Assembly (NCBI GenBank): GCA_964016885.1
Contig: OZ024751.1
Span: 40,858,001-40,922,000, forward strand
Origin: Eledone cirrhosa
Lineage: Eukaryota
Length of the DNA: 64,000 nt
Direction of reading: 5' to 3'
Position numbers and translations under genes: made by a program
In this document: piece after piece, positions 15,370 to 30,479 of the stretch
How the letters are laid out: each line of letters starts with the position of its first letter
Position numbering within the stretch: position 1 is the stretch's first letter
The notes under the pieces: generated by a model
Databases searched by the model: none
The model's input: only the letters and a program-made list of their open reading frames with translations
Told to the model about the DNA's origin: nothing

Positions 15370-16156
15370 GTTTCTATATATACAAGCGAGAAAAAAAAGT
15401 ACTCAATACATGTAGTAGAGTTTTTATATTCGTCCGAATCTCATGATTAATTTCGTCGTCACTCTGGTGCTTTCTCATTTCTCTGTACCATACGGTCTAC
15501 GTACGTTGAAATAAAAATAAATATAAACATTGAAATGAGTTTATGGTAAACAGTTTTTGGATAATATTCTCAAGTCAAACTTCCTGGTGTTATGCTGACG
15601 GTCTCACAAGAACAGCAATAATTATCAAATATCACGTTACACTCTCGGAATTGTTTAACTACGGGAAAGAATATTAGCGACAAAAATATTAAGTCTGTGT
15701 GTAAGAGTGTGTGCAGTTTCCTACACTCATTTTATTCTTGGTCGAGTTTTATTTTTGAGAGCAAGAGAGAAAATGTGTATGCACATCTGGGATTAATCAT
15801 CTCGTATTCAGAGAGGTCTTTCTTGGCTGTATTGTATAGTATATCTATCTTCCTTCCTTCACCTTTTTCTTCTCACTTAATATTTCGGTACGTAGTAAAA
15901 TATTTGTTAGGTGCCAATAGCTGTATTAGAAACTCAGGGATACTGAGCCCTACAAAAATCTATAGATATATTAAATCTCGATAGCCAAGTTAGTTCATAA
16001 ACCGCAAATGTCTATATAGCAGAGTAGGAAGTATCATACAGAAATAGTAGAGAATCTGAAACTAGGTTTCCAGTTCATTTGAGGTTATTTAATTATATAT
16101 GTGCTGAAGGAAATTTATTTAGTAATAAAGAATAATCTAAATTGTTACAGATGATA

Positions 16157-16620
16157 GCAGTAGTACAACAGTGTATTACTGGTGTACAGTATAGAAGCAG
16201 TACAACAGTGTATTACTGGTGTTGAAGATAGAAGTAGTACAACAGTGTATTACTGGTGTTGAAGATAGAAGCAGTACAGCAGTGTATTACTGGTGTACAG
16301 TATAGAAGCAGAACAACAGTGTATTACTGGTGTACAGTATAGAAGTAGTATAACAGTGTATTACTGGTGTACAGTATAGAAGTAGTACAACAGTGTATTA
16401 CTGGTGTACGGTATAGAAGCAGTACAACAGTGTATTACTAGAGTAGATGACAGAAGTAGTACAACAGTGTATTACTGGTGTTTAATACAGCAGTAGTACA
16501 ACAGTGTATTACTAGTTTACACTATAGAAGTCGTACAACAGCAGTAGCACAACAGTGTATTATAGAGTCAGTACAACAGTGTGTATTTGGTGTTGAATAC
16601 TTAAGTAGCACAACAGTGTG
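16157..16620. repeat. 37-bp minisatellite, about 12 copies
   Basis: Unit agtacaacagtgtattactggtgtacagtatagaagc, with starts at 16162 and 16199. Confidence 0.9.
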
Positions 16621-16706
16621 TTGGAATTTGTTTGGTTTTCATTACACTGCGGCCTAAACATTGGTGTAGATTTTCTCAAAATCTATAAATTTAATGACTG
16701 TAATAT

Positions 16707-17253
16707 AATTGTTTCTACTAATTACCCAGTGCATTACTGGTACTTTATTTTATCGACCCCGTAAGGATAAAAGGCAAAGTCAACTTCGGTGGGATTTGAA
16801 CTCAGATCGTAAAGGGACGTAACTATGCTGGAAAGCATGGCGTCCGACCCTCTACCGATACTGCCAATCCACCGCCCTATCGTGGCGTCCGACCCTCTAC
16901 CGATACTGCCAATCCACCGCCCTATCGTGGTGTCCGACCCTCTACCGATACTGCCAATCCACCGCCCTAACATGGCGTCCGACCCTCTACCGATACTGCC
17001 AATCCACCGCCCTGTAATCTAATGACTGTAATATAATGGTTTCTTATATAGGCACGAAGCCATTAATTTGGGGATCGGGGAAAGTCGATTAAATCGGCCC
17101 CAGTGCGTGACTGGTACTTTATTTTATCGACTCCGTAAGGATGAAAGGCAAAGTTAACCTCGGCCGGATTTGAACTCGGATCTTAAAGGGCCGTAACTCT
17201 ATGCGTCAAAGCATGGTGCCCGACCCTCTACTGATACTGCCAATCCGCCGCCC
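16707..17253 (-). mobile_element. Two tandem Meta-like SINEs, the first with a 45-bp head repeated four times
   Basis: The unit catggcgtccgaccctctaccgatactgccaatccaccgcccta starts at 16836, 16881, 16926 and 16971. The second SINE spans 17033-17253, and SINE-tail repeats continue to about 17620. Confidence 0.85.
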
Positions 17254-19314
17254 TTAATGACTGTAATATAATGATTTCTGATTTAGGCAGGAGGCCAAGA
17301 ATTAATTAAATCGACTCCAGTATTCTACTGGTACTTTATTTCAAAGACCTCTGGAAGGTAGTGACTGCAAAATAAAGGTTTCTGATTTAGACACAAGGCC
17401 AGCAATTTTTTGGGGAGACGAAATTCGATTAAATTGACCCCAGTACTCTACTGGTATTTTATTTTAACAACACCTGGATGGTAGTGACTGCAACATAACG
17501 GTTTCGAATTGGAGGAGAAGGCCAGCAATTTTGGGGGAGAAAAAAGTCGATTAAATTGACCCCAGTGCATTACTGGTACTTTATTTTATCTATCCCTAGA
17601 TGGTAGTGACTGCAATATAATAGATTCCTCTCAGAATCAACCACTGCGCAATAATAAAATTTACTGTCATCGTGCAAGAGTTCTTGGAATAAATTTCATA
17701 AGTATTTACTTTCGTTCATTTATAGATTTAATATCGTTGAGAAAGATACCACCATGACGTAAATTCCATCTTCGATATATTCCTATAAATATACTTCTAC
17801 CTGACCGGGGAAAAAATCAATGTTATTTTGTTAATATCTCTGACACCTGTTTCGACTGTAAACAATCTATTTCAATCTTCGTCAAATAACTCGCTTACAG
17901 CAAGTTTTACTTGATCCTATTCCATTTTATATTAATTATTTTATAACCCCATTTACGTTTTTTAAACTGTCATATCTTAGCTATAATATTAAAACGGATT
18001 AATACCAGAGTGAGTTTGAGCTTGAAATATTTTAGTCTTCTCATGATTAATTTTCAATTAACTTTTACAACGAAGACAAAGACAACCAGCTTTATCTTTT
18101 TTTTTTTTTCTTCTTCTTTGAAATCATAATATCGTTATTTTGTTTGATTCGACCTTGAGGCAGTAAAGGTACTTTAATCCCTAAATACCCCCCTACTAAA
18201 TAATACCCCCCCCCCCCTACCACCAAATATTTTGAACCTGAATAAAGGAAATTTATAGCAACATTATTTCTTTGTTCCTTAGTCCACACTATTTTAATTG
18301 TCTCGGTCTTAAACAAGAATATATAATAAAAATAAAAATATTGAAATCTTTACATAAAGCCTTTTAAATGCGACTTAATTTTATACGTCGCATTACTGGT
18401 TTCTTTCTTTTGACTATGGTCATGCTGGGGCACGTTCTTCTTTGGTTTTTAGTTGGCTATATCGAACCCCAGATAACATATTTTATCGATCTGGTACATT
18501 TATTTATCTAATGATGAAAATATCCGTAATACACTACATCATTCTTACAACGTGTTTTTGTTTAACGCACTCATACACATATCATATATATATATATGAT
18601 ATATATATATGATATATGCAGCGAATTCTGTAAAAGTAGTGAAATTTCTCTATAATAAATAAAAAACAGCACATTGAACAAGGAATGGTCACGATTGGAA
18701 TGCTCTTGATTATAGTTCTTCTCGATCAGGGTTGAGATGCAACCAAATATCAATAACAACTATAGATTCTCGCCTCCCCTCCACCCAGTTTCCATTTACC
18801 AAATCTCACTCAAGATTCAGTCATTCATATAATTACATATTATATGTTTCAGTATAGATATATTATATTATGTTATATTATATTATATTATATATTATAT
18901 TATATATTATATTATATTGTTATATTATATTATATTATATTATTATATTATGTTATATCTATCGTAATGTCACTCAAGGAAGAAAAAAATCTTAGTATAT
19001 TTGAAACAAAGTTTGTGTGAAAATGTCTTATTAATTTTCTCAGCATTTTCACTTTCTGAGAAATTGTTCGATACAAATTTCTGTAAGAATCTGATATTGT
19101 GCCAAACTGCTGTCTCGTGCTGTGAATGCAACATAATAAATGGTTTATGATGAATGACTGGCAAAATTATAGTAATAACTTCTAAGTAGAAGGAACCTGC
19201 TATGAATTGCATATAGCTATGTCGCCGTGAATGGGTGTCCACATAAATGGACGCACATATATTTATATTTTTATGTGTTTATGTGCATATATATATATAT
19301 ATATATATATGCAC

Positions 19315-19393
<79 letters not shown>

Positions 19394-19394
19394 G

Positions 19395-19434
<40 letters not shown>

Positions 19435-19584
19435 AGTATATATACATATATATATATATATATGTATATATATATGTATACATATATATATATGTATATA
19501 TATATGTATAAGTATGTATGCATATATATTTATATGTATATATGTAAATATATTTGTACGTGTATGCACATATATATATATGCA

Positions 19585-19636
<52 letters not shown>

Positions 19637-19661
19637 GTGTATATATATATATATATGTGTA

Positions 19662-19700
<39 letters not shown>

Positions 19701-20134
19701 TGTGTGTGTGTAAATGTATGTGCAGAACAGAACGGAGGGTGAAAGATAGAAAGATACAGAGATAGATTTTGGAAATTGCAAAACAAAAGTTAGTCAGATC
19801 ATTATAATACTTTTATTGATTAGTTAAGATCATCAGCCGAGTTGTAAAAGACAATCAGTAGCTATGTTGTAGCAAACCAGGCTCAGTGCCAACTAGAATG
19901 AGGATACAAGCGTACATATTTATCCAACATATAATAGTTGAGTTATGGCAACAACCAATTGAATCAATGTCTACGTTGTTTGTTACTAAGGGATATCGCC
20001 CTATATGATCTCAGCAAGAAATTCCACGAATATAATATGGTTTTCATAAGCAACATTTAACCCACATCTAAATTGTCTACTTATCTCAGCACTAATCTTT
20101 GATGAACAATAGAGTTATTATTATTATTATTAGA

Positions 20135-20545
20135 GTGATATATTGGCAGTATCGGTAGAACGCCGGACACCAAGCTCTTCAGCATATAGTTACGGCCCTT
20201 TCCGTTCTGAGTTCAAATCTCGCATAGGTTAGCTTTGCCTTTCATCCTTGTAGGACCGATTAAGGAAAGTACAAGAAATGCACTGGAGTCGATTTAATCG
20301 ACTTTCCTCTCTCCCAAAATTTCTGGTCTTGTGTCTATATAAGAAACCATTATTGTTGGTGAATTGGCAGTATCGGTAGAGGGTTGGACGACATGCTTTC
20401 TAACATAGTTACGTCCCTTTACCGTCTGAGTTCAAATCCCACCGAGGTTAACTTTGCTTTTCATCCTTACGGGGTCGATAAAATAAAGTACCAATAATGT
20501 ATTGGGTAATTGCTGGCCTTGTGCCAAAAGTAGAAACAATTATTA
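20135..20545 (+). mobile_element. Two tandem Meta-like SINEs
   Basis: Two A box/B box heads (ttggcagtatcggtag...gagttcaaatc), each followed by the core and tail. Confidence 0.85.
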
Positions 20546-22185
20546 AAACATAAATTATTATTAGTTAAGTTGATTTTTGTTGATGTGAGATTTCTGTGTT
20601 GGTGTGATCTAGGGTTTTCTTCACCTGTCTATGTGGGTGCTAACCTTTGATTTAGTAAAACACCCATTCACAATCCCTGCTAGTGAAATTAACACACAGG
20701 AAGCTACATGTGTGTGTGTTAACCTTTGAGTTAGAAAACACGGGCTTTTCACAACACTTTTACTAGAACAGAGGATATAATGTAGCTTCGAAAAAGGAAA
20801 TAATTCGCTTCCATTTTTTCATTAGATCCAAATCTGAGTCTTTGTCTTGTCTGAGAAAACAACTTGTTTTGTGGGATTTTATTGTTTTTTGTGGGTATTT
20901 TGTTTGTTTTATGTGTATTTTATTGTTGTTTGTGGGATTTATTGTCATTGTCTGTATTCCGTTGTTTGTCTATGTATGTGTATAACATTGTTAAGTTTGT
21001 GTATGTGTGTATATTATACAGTTGTAGTTTGTGTATGTTTTTTTTTTGTTTCTGTGTGTATTTGAATGATTGTTAGATCTAATAAAAAATTATTGTATTA
21101 CTTCAAGAAATTACGTTTTATCCAATAATTAAGGAAATGTTTACCCGATTCTGTGTTACATTTTAATTTTCCAATTTTCTGCCATTCATTTCCCCTTCCT
21201 TTTTTTCCTCTCGATAACAATGAATCATTTAAAATTCTTATTAAAATGTAACTAAACTTCAGATTAAAATGTTTTGTGTCTTGATTTAACATAATTCGGT
21301 ATTTTCACTCCACTGGTTCTATATTACACTTTAGTCTAGCTTACAATTGATAACTATATTTGTATTTTTATGGTTGTGGTTTAGATATCATTGATTTTAT
21401 TGATTTTTATTGATTTTATCCGCGTTCATTTAACACTGTTGCCATCTAAAAAGAAAACAAAAACAGAAAAAACCCGTAGCAGAAAGGAAAAGCCGAAATA
21501 AAACGTAAAAAGATTGTATAAAACAGATTTTACAAGTGTAAGGAAGAATCAGACAAGTTTCTACAGAAATAACACAACAATTGAATAAGAATTGCGACAG
21601 ATAATCATTAAAAGAAATCTATGTTCATTTTGAAGACTGCCATTTTCTTTATAAATTAACGATTTGTCTTTGTAATGTTAAGTTATTGGGAGAGATTTTA
21701 AAAACAAACGCAACAAAACATAAAAGATTATTCATTTTCGTGTGTTTATCGTTTCAAATTTTATATAATTGTTTCTTATTTTCTAAACAAAATTTCATTT
21801 TCTTTTAAATGACAAAAAAAAAAAAGAAAAAAATATCTTGAGAATTTTAAAATATATATGAAATTAGATTAGATTAAAATTTAAATAGATTTACAAATAG
21901 AAGTGTTTCATCATATTGAAAGATGTGTATAAGATATAAAATGATAAATAATCACCATTGGTTTCTTTACACACATCTAACAAAAATAGATATATTTCTT
22001 CAATAAGAAAAGAATCTATAGGTAAGTGTAACAAAATTTATATATAAAACATTTTCTGTAATATATTATATAAAACATTATATATAAATCTGGAAGTTTT
22101 AGGTTTCTAATGCCAAGCATCGTAGAGTAAGAGGTAAAACTCTGAACTAAGTCAGTTGTCAGCCAGGTTTTTATTTCAATGTGTG

Positions 22186-22432
22186 TGTGACAGCTCACAC
22201 CTATGCAGGTTTAGCTGGCCTCTTCCAAGGTATATCTCGTTGGAGGTGTCTTGGGTAATTTAATGATAGGGACCCCAGCCCTATCATCTCATTTTTACAG
22301 CTGAGTAAACTGGAGTAACGTGAAATAAAGTGTCTTGCTCAAGGAAACAACACATCACCCGGTCCGAGAATTGAACTCACAACCTTTCGATTGCAAGCCC
22401 AATGCTCTAACCACTAAGCCATGCGCCTTCAC
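22186..22432 (-). mobile_element. tRNA-derived CORE-SINE
   Basis: Reverse complement has a tRNA head (TGGCTTAGTGG; GAGTTCAATTC) and the CORE domain CCTTGAGCAAGACACTTTATTTCACGTT..CAGTTTACTCAGCTGTAAAAATG. Closely similar to the + copy at 51955-52208. Confidence 0.85.
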
Positions 22433-22518
<86 letters not shown>

Positions 22519-22565
22519 TGTGTATTTGTGTGTCTGTGTATTTGTGTGTATGTGTGTGTGTGTGA

Positions 22566-22600
<35 letters not shown>

Positions 22601-22904
22601 TTGAGAAGTCAAACATTATATATATCGTGTTGTATTTTCCATGGCTGGTGTTCAATGCAATAGTTTTATCTGTATTCTATTTTTCTTTTAAAGCCTAAAC
22701 AAATCTTATTCTTTTTACCTAGACACTAGATTTTACTTTATGTATATTATGATTTATTTCATTCAACAAATGATATTATAAAGGTGTTTTAAATAATTTG
22801 AAGTTTTATATGATTTCAAAATATTCATGTGTAATTATCTTCCTTCTTTTTAGAAGATGCTGGATATCTCTCGCTGCAAATATTTTTTCTGTTTTCGTGC
22901 TTAT

Positions 22905-23062
22905 ATACCAAACTCCCAAGGTTGGAGATCTCCCGTTTCCAAGGTAGTGTGTCTCTACACCTGTTAACCAACCCTCTGAGGCTGGAGATCTCTCGTTTCC
23001 AAGGTAGTATATCTCTACACTTATTAACCAACCCTCTGAGGTAGATCTCTCATTTCCAACCT
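22905..23062. repeat. 60-bp tandem repeat, about 2.5 copies
   Basis: Unit ggagatctcccgtttccaaggtagtgtgtctctacacctgttaaccaaccctctgaggct. Confidence 0.8.
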
Positions 23063-23089
23063 TGTCTGCCTCTACATTTATCATCCGAA

Positions 23090-23345
23090 CCTTGAGGCTG
23101 CTATCATTCAGCCCCTCTTTGACCTCATCCAACCTTAGTATTTGGCACTTTCCTCATTTTCTCTTCCCTTACAATAGCCTTCCCATTGAACTGTTGCCCG
23201 CTCTCTGTCAATCCTCATCAGATGTCCGAAGTACTCCAGCTTCCCTCTTTTGATCATGACTATTACTTTCCTAGACATTTTAGCCAATTTATGCTCTACA
23301 TCTTTGATGATGTGCAAAATCCAATTAATCTTAGCAGTCGCCGGT
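23090..23345 (-). mobile_element. Degenerate RTE-clade LINE C-terminal fragment
   Basis: The minus ORF contains KRGKLEYFGHLMR...EG, resembling the RTE ORF C-terminal LxYFGHxxR..EG..R-G motif. Confidence 0.6.
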
Positions 23346-24441
23346 AACACTACATTTCTAATGCCTCATTTCTCATTGCTGTCGCTTTGTTCATATATAC
23401 CATTCGTCCTTCAGTGAGAATAATCAATATTACTATTTTATTATCCTTTCGTAACATACAGGAGGAATTGGTAGAATCGTTAGAGAGTTTGATCAAATAC
23501 GTCGAATCAAATGTTGCGGTGGCTGCTTTGCCTTTCAAAGTATGGCTACAAATCCTGTGGATGAGCAGAATTTTATTTGATCCGGCCTTGTATGTTTTAA
23601 GTTCAAATCTCGACAAAGATAACTTTGCCTTTCAAAGTACCAGTCTAAATACGGTGGATGGGTGGAATTGTTAAAGATTCGGATGAGTTGTTTTGCAAGT
23701 ATTTGATCCGGCCTTGTACGTTCTGAGTTCAAATTTCGCCTCTTTCTGCCAGAAGTTGCAACTGAGAGATAATATCAGTAACGGAAAGACTAATGGAAAT
23801 AGTTTACTTAATTTGATCTGACGATCGGCTCATTTCCTTTTTTCTTTTAGTAATAAAAATAGTTATTACTATTTCATAAGTATTTAGTAATAAGGATGAC
23901 TAGATGACTATTAACCAAACTAAGAAATAGTCAAACATTTACAAGAATTAATTGGAATAGGAAAGAAATAACAAATGCTGTTAATACAAAGGTATAGAAA
24001 AGATCACAAACATATCTGCATTAATATTGTAATTAACGTGCAAAAAATACTGAATAGAACTTCTTTTGGTGCTCCTTTCATACAATGCTTAATTGGGCAG
24101 CCTAAAAATTGATTTTTTGATGAGAAAAAAATTTAATTGATCTGGTATTGATTGCTATTACACAAAATACACGTCCCCTTGACATTTTCGATAATATCTT
24201 AATTATTTTTTTCAGCAACAAATATTGTAAAACCTCTAATTAAAGATATTTTTTCTAAGGAATATAATTGCTACACTAAAGAAGTTTCTGTAATAGTATA
24301 ATCAATGACGAACAACTTTTAAAATTCTTCATTCCTCTTCTCCATTCCTCTTCTATTTTACTAATTTTCCCCTATTACTTCATTTCCATTTCACTAAAAT
24401 TCTGTCGATTACTTCCATAATTAAGTCACATATTCTAAAGC

Positions 24442-24472
<31 letters not shown>

Positions 24473-24781
24473 GCATATAATATATATATGTGTGTGAGTG
24501 TGTGTATATGCATATATATATATGCATATATATATACATGCATATATATATATGCATAAATATATATGCATATATATATATATATGCATAACTATATATG
24601 CATATATATATATATGCATATATATATATGTGCGTTATGGTCCACCTGGTTCCTTACCACATTTCCTTCGTTATATATATATATATAAGCATATATATAT
24701 ACATGCATATATATTCATATATATATATATATGCATATATATATATATGCATATATGTATATATATATGTATGCATATATC

Positions 24782-24917
<136 letters not shown>

Positions 24918-24966
24918 TATATCTATATATATATATGCATATACATATGCACATTATATCTATCTA

Positions 24967-25003
<37 letters not shown>

Positions 25004-26032
25004 GTCTCTTTTTGTCGTATTCCCGTGAAGTGGGAGGGTGGTATTGAAGTTGTTACAACAAAAAGATATTTAAAACGAGATAAATAAAATATTTTTAGTT
25101 TGAATGTCAGACAACGGGTCACAAATAACAATTCTTTTCCTTTTCTTTTGTTGCTATTTTATCCCAGTCAAATGGTTTTTAGCCAGTCCAATTATACAGT
25201 TAAGATGTTTTCTTTTTTAGTCCGAATCGGTGTAATTGTTAGCTTAAGCATATTGTTAAAATATCGAATATATACTCACACACCTGGAAATGTGTATGTC
25301 TGTGTATGGGTAGGATGGGTGGCTTGGGTTTCCGTCGCCTTCCGACGATGAGTGTTCCAGGTGAATCGATCAACGAAACAGTCTCATCGTGAAATTAACA
25401 TACAAGTTGTTGAATATTCAACAGATACGTGCACTCTTAACGTAATTATCTGGGAGATTCAGCGTGACATAGGATGCAACAAAGCTTGGTCCTTTGAATT
25501 ACAAAGTAAAAATTGACTGGAGTAATGTTCAAGGACACAACGCGCCACAAGGAATCGAACTCTCGACTTTACAATCGGCAGCTGAACACCATAAAAAAAC
25601 GCTAAATCACACCCCTTCGCTACACCTGAAAATATGATTTCTACAATAAGCACAAGGCCAGTAATTCTTTTTTTGGGGGGGTGGGGTCGATTAAATCGAC
25701 TCCAGCACGTTACTGGTACGTTATTTTAAGGATGAAAGGCAAAGCTAACTTCGGCCTGAAAATATAAAAATACATATTTGTTATGAGCTTATATTTAGGA
25801 ATCGAACTCAATACCTGTCTCAACTGTCATGCATAGTATTTGTTTGTGTCTAAGATATAAGTTTTCAATACTCAGTTAATTTAGGTAATTCTGTATTCTA
25901 TCTTTTCCTCACTTTAGTCCATATCTAAAGTATTCCAATGTAATAATTAGTATTCCCTTGTGCTACAAACCAGCCATATATCTTAAGCAAATGTAGCAAG
26001 CTACCTACGTAAATTACCTCTAAAAATAGTGC

Positions 26033-26136
<104 letters not shown>

Positions 26137-26436
26137 ATATATAAATATATATATATGTGTGTGTGTATACATATGCATATATATGTATATGTATGTATGT
26201 ATATATAATCAAATATATAGATGAAAAAAATTAGCTTTTAAATCATTTTTAATTCCTTACACGTGTTTCAGGAGAGTTGTACATCCAATTATTCGAGTAG
26301 TGTTAGGTGGAAATTCGTAAAATCAATATCTATACATACTCAATGATATATCGGTAGATTTTTTTTCACTTTTCCATCTTCTCAGAAGACGTGGTAATTA
26401 TATACTATCATATATAATTCTCCACATACATTTGAG

Positions 26437-26472
<36 letters not shown>

Positions 26473-26568
26473 CAAAAATAAATGCAAGAGAAAGCAATAC
26501 ATTCAAAAACAAAATTTACTCCTTACACAGTGTTTCGTCTAGGCAATATCAATATCAATATCAATATA

Positions 26569-26605
<37 letters not shown>

Positions 26606-26619
26606 TTGTTTTGAAAGAT

Positions 26620-26980
26620 TCTTGGTGTGAAATCGTGTGTTGAAACCGATATTGTTATATTTGGAGATGGCCATGTATCCAGTATTGCCAATAAGAAACA
26701 CATACACCATATGATTTTCACTTCTTCACTTTATCTTTATTGCTAGTTATGGATTAGTTCATCAAAGTCCTTTCATCGCAGGCTACAGATGTTGTCCAAG
26801 GGAAAGGCAATGGCCGATACAGCTTGGCACCAGTGACGTCGCAACTCATTTCTACAGCTGAGAAAACTGGAGTAATGTAAAATAAAGTGTCTTGCTCAAG
26901 AATATAACACATGACCCGGTTCAAGAATCGAACTCACAGCCTTCCGTTTGCAAGCCGAATGCTCTAACCAATAGGCAATA
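26620..26980 (-). mobile_element. tRNA-derived CORE-SINE with long tail
   Basis: catttctacagctgag..ctggagtaatgtaaaataaagtgtcttgctcaag..gaatcgaactc..gctctaacca is a reversed CORE domain plus tRNA head. Confidence 0.75.
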
Positions 26981-27748
26981 TGTATAATGTAATTCAGAAG
27001 CCGAACCAGCGTGACTGAATGAATGTATGAAAAGGCTGGTATGGTCTCTTGTTGGATATGGAGCTGGAAGCTATGTCGAGAAGATGAATGGAGATTCGAC
27101 TACCATCGCTGACCTTCCAACAATAAGGGGTCACGTTTAATGGTTGAAACACCTAATAACCGTTGGACATCGCCTGAAGACATCAGCTCCTCCTGACCAA
27201 GGTTATATACCCAGGAGGTGAATGAAAGCTAGATATTTCTTTAAGATGTAATTATATTTATGTTTAGTTCTAGTTACTGGTCTTATTTTCAGTTAAATAG
27301 AAAGGATCGGGGCTGAGATCTCAATAACCTTTCCCTCTGGCAGTAAACGATTTGTCCCATTTTTCTTGTTTGTATTAATGCAATCATGTCAGTCAAACTC
27401 TTACACACACGTACGCACACACACATACACACACATACATACACACACACACACGCACACACACACAGATTCACATACACACACAGGATCGCACACACAC
27501 AAACAGAGGCTCACACGCACACACATACACGCATATACATGCACATACACAGAGGCTCACATGCACACACATGCACACGCACATAATGCACACACACACA
27601 CAGAGGCTCACATGCACACTCGCACATACATGCACACAAGCTCTCTCACACACACACACACACACATATACATATATACACTTTCTCTCCCTTTTCTCAC
27701 TCTTTCTCTCCCCCTCTCCCTCCTCTCTCTCTTTTACACACACACACT

Positions 27749-27779
<31 letters not shown>

Positions 27780-28352
27780 GTAGTGTAAAAACAATCGGCA
27801 TTTCGTTTCTTGTCCTTGAATACAATTATATGAAAAGTGAAAACAAGTAAATGAGAATTATGGAAAGGAAAATTCAAAGTAGTCATGAAAACAAACATAT
27901 AACGAACTCTTTAACTATCACGTACATTGCCTTTAATTTAAAACCAGTGAACGGAAAAAAAAACACCACAAAAAACAAACAAACAAAAAAGCAATAAAAA
28001 AACACACAAAAAAAGCTGTTTCTAACCTCTAAGCTTAGTATAATAGGGTAGCACGACCTCTGAAAAGCAATCATGAAGATGGTTGTATTATCCAATGCGT
28101 GCTAACATAACTTTTTTCTGTGTCCTCGTTCTTGACATTTTAGGATTGACAGTGTCATGCTCACAAGAAATTAAGATAACACAGGATTTCAGGTCGAATA
28201 ATGAGCAATTTTAGCTGCTGTTTATTTTTACTTTCCTTCCATTTCACTAAAATTCTGTTAATTATTTCCATAATTAAGTCATACATATAATTATAACAAA
28301 AAAAATATTGGTGATAAAAATGTTATTCTAAAGCTATTTATACACACATACC

Positions 28353-28384
<32 letters not shown>

Positions 28385-28386
<2 letters not shown>

Positions 28387-28522
28387 TGTTAAGACAAGTT
28401 GCTACAATGGTACCATACGAGGTACGTACGTTTCGTTAGCCCTGAGGACCAACTTGTTCAACCCGTGCCGATGAAAATGAATCGGACTCCATCAAGACTT
28501 CATCACGAGTTAAAAGTCTATA
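28385..28522 (+). mobile_element. Possible 3' end of a (CATA)n-targeting LINE
   Basis: Short unique segment ending ...catcacgagttaaaagtcta directly followed by (TACA)n. Architecture parallels 3321-3822, but there is no clear protein motif. Confidence 0.3.
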
Positions 28523-29689
28523 CATACATACACACATACATACGTACATACATATATACGTACATACATACATACATACAAATACAAATACAAATTCCCA
28601 CGAAGTCTGTCCCATTAAAAGACTGAAAAAAGTCAAAGAATAAAAAAATTCTAATATGTGTGAGGATGCATGAAAGAGTAAAATAAATCTTTACTTTCCC
28701 CCACAAAATAGAAATATGAATTTACAAAGAGGATATTTACCAGCCTTCAAAATCTTATTTAAATATTTTATGACATCAATTTGTTTCGCGTTTGCTTTAT
28801 TTGTTTATCTGCATGTTCTATGTTAAGGTTGCTCTAAATTCTCAGTTCATCATATATACATATTGAGTGCAACTTGATGAGAAGGGTCGAGAGGTCATCT
28901 ACGTTAAAATTTGATATACCACAGATTTGTTTTTACACATTTTTAGTTTCTAACATATCCGCTTTCTTCTTCCCCAAAACGACTGAAAACCCGAGAAAAT
29001 CTGTTTATAATTTTTAAACAAAGATGTTTCGCCAGAATAAAACATAATTCTACCTATTTGTGGATTTGGAAAGAATTAAAAAAATAAAATAATTGTTAGT
29101 AATTTCATATTTATTTTTGTTCCAGACGAATTAAAGAATGTTGAAGAAAAAACAAATTCCAGTCTAGTTTTAATAACTACAGCCGCCATTCCCAACCGTG
29201 CATGACTTGGTAATGTGTTGTATCATGCTTTTCGCTAATGGTTTTAGGTGCCTGTGCAACAATCGCAAGCAGACACCCTCAAATACATCTACATCCTTTT
29301 ATCCAGCGACGGCTGAAAGGAGAGTGGATTAAACTAGTACAGGACTGGTGCTTTCTTTACCGACATCGAAAGGACGAAAAGCAATGTGTATCTCGGTGTC
29401 ATTTGAATTCCGAACGCAAAAAGCCAGAACAAATACCCAACGCCCTAACAGCTTTGCCAAATCAAACGATTCTAGTTTTAATAGTTCCAATTATTTAAAA
29501 TAAAATATTGTGTTACACCTCACATTCTATTCTTTATTTCTTCGTACAGGTTACAGAGCATAATTGTAAATATATATACCATTAAACGCGTATTTCTCGA
29601 ACTCACAGATTTTAAAAATCCTTTATGCACCGAAAGAACACACACACACGCACACACACGCACACACACACACACAAACACACGCACAC

Positions 29690-29771
<82 letters not shown>

Positions 29772-29803
29772 ACACACACACACACAGACACACACACACA
29801 CAG

Positions 29804-29837
<34 letters not shown>

Positions 29838-29932
29838 GCACTTTCGACGCTAGGCTGGGAATTGAACATATGAACGAGTCTATTGATAAAGTGATTAACG
29901 ACGAAATTTACAGCTTTTGATTACCCCCCCCC

Positions 29933-30030
<98 letters not shown>

Positions 30031-30479
30031 CGTCTCAGTGAGAATATATATCTATTAGTAAAATGAATTTTAATAGATATTACTAGAAATTATATTTTTT
30101 CCTTGGTGATGAATCCAGTAGTAGCCGATAGCAAAATATTTATAAAACGGTATTTGTTTTTTAATCTTATTGCAGTAATTAAATTTTTCACTTTAGAAAT
30201 ATTTTCTCTGTAATTGGTTTGTTCATGCAACATATATATTTAAACATCTCATATATTTTTTGTACCCAAAATATTTACCCTAAGGACTAAGAATACTTTC
30301 ATATAATAAAATATAACTTGGGAATGCAGAGAGAAAGAATATGTACCGAAATATTATTTAACTCTATCACATGGAATGGAATTGAATTGAATTGAATGGA
30401 ATTAAATGGATTTTCGTCGGGTTCGACGAAGAGTGTTCCATTTGTTTGATTAAAATAATAACATGCACGTAAAACTAAC

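Noticed and set aside
26255-26390. Possible hammerhead on the - strand (GAA-ACACGTGT-A-AGG)
   Set aside because: Only the 3' half is convincing. The nearest core-like box (CTGAGAA) is non-canonical and about 110 nt away.
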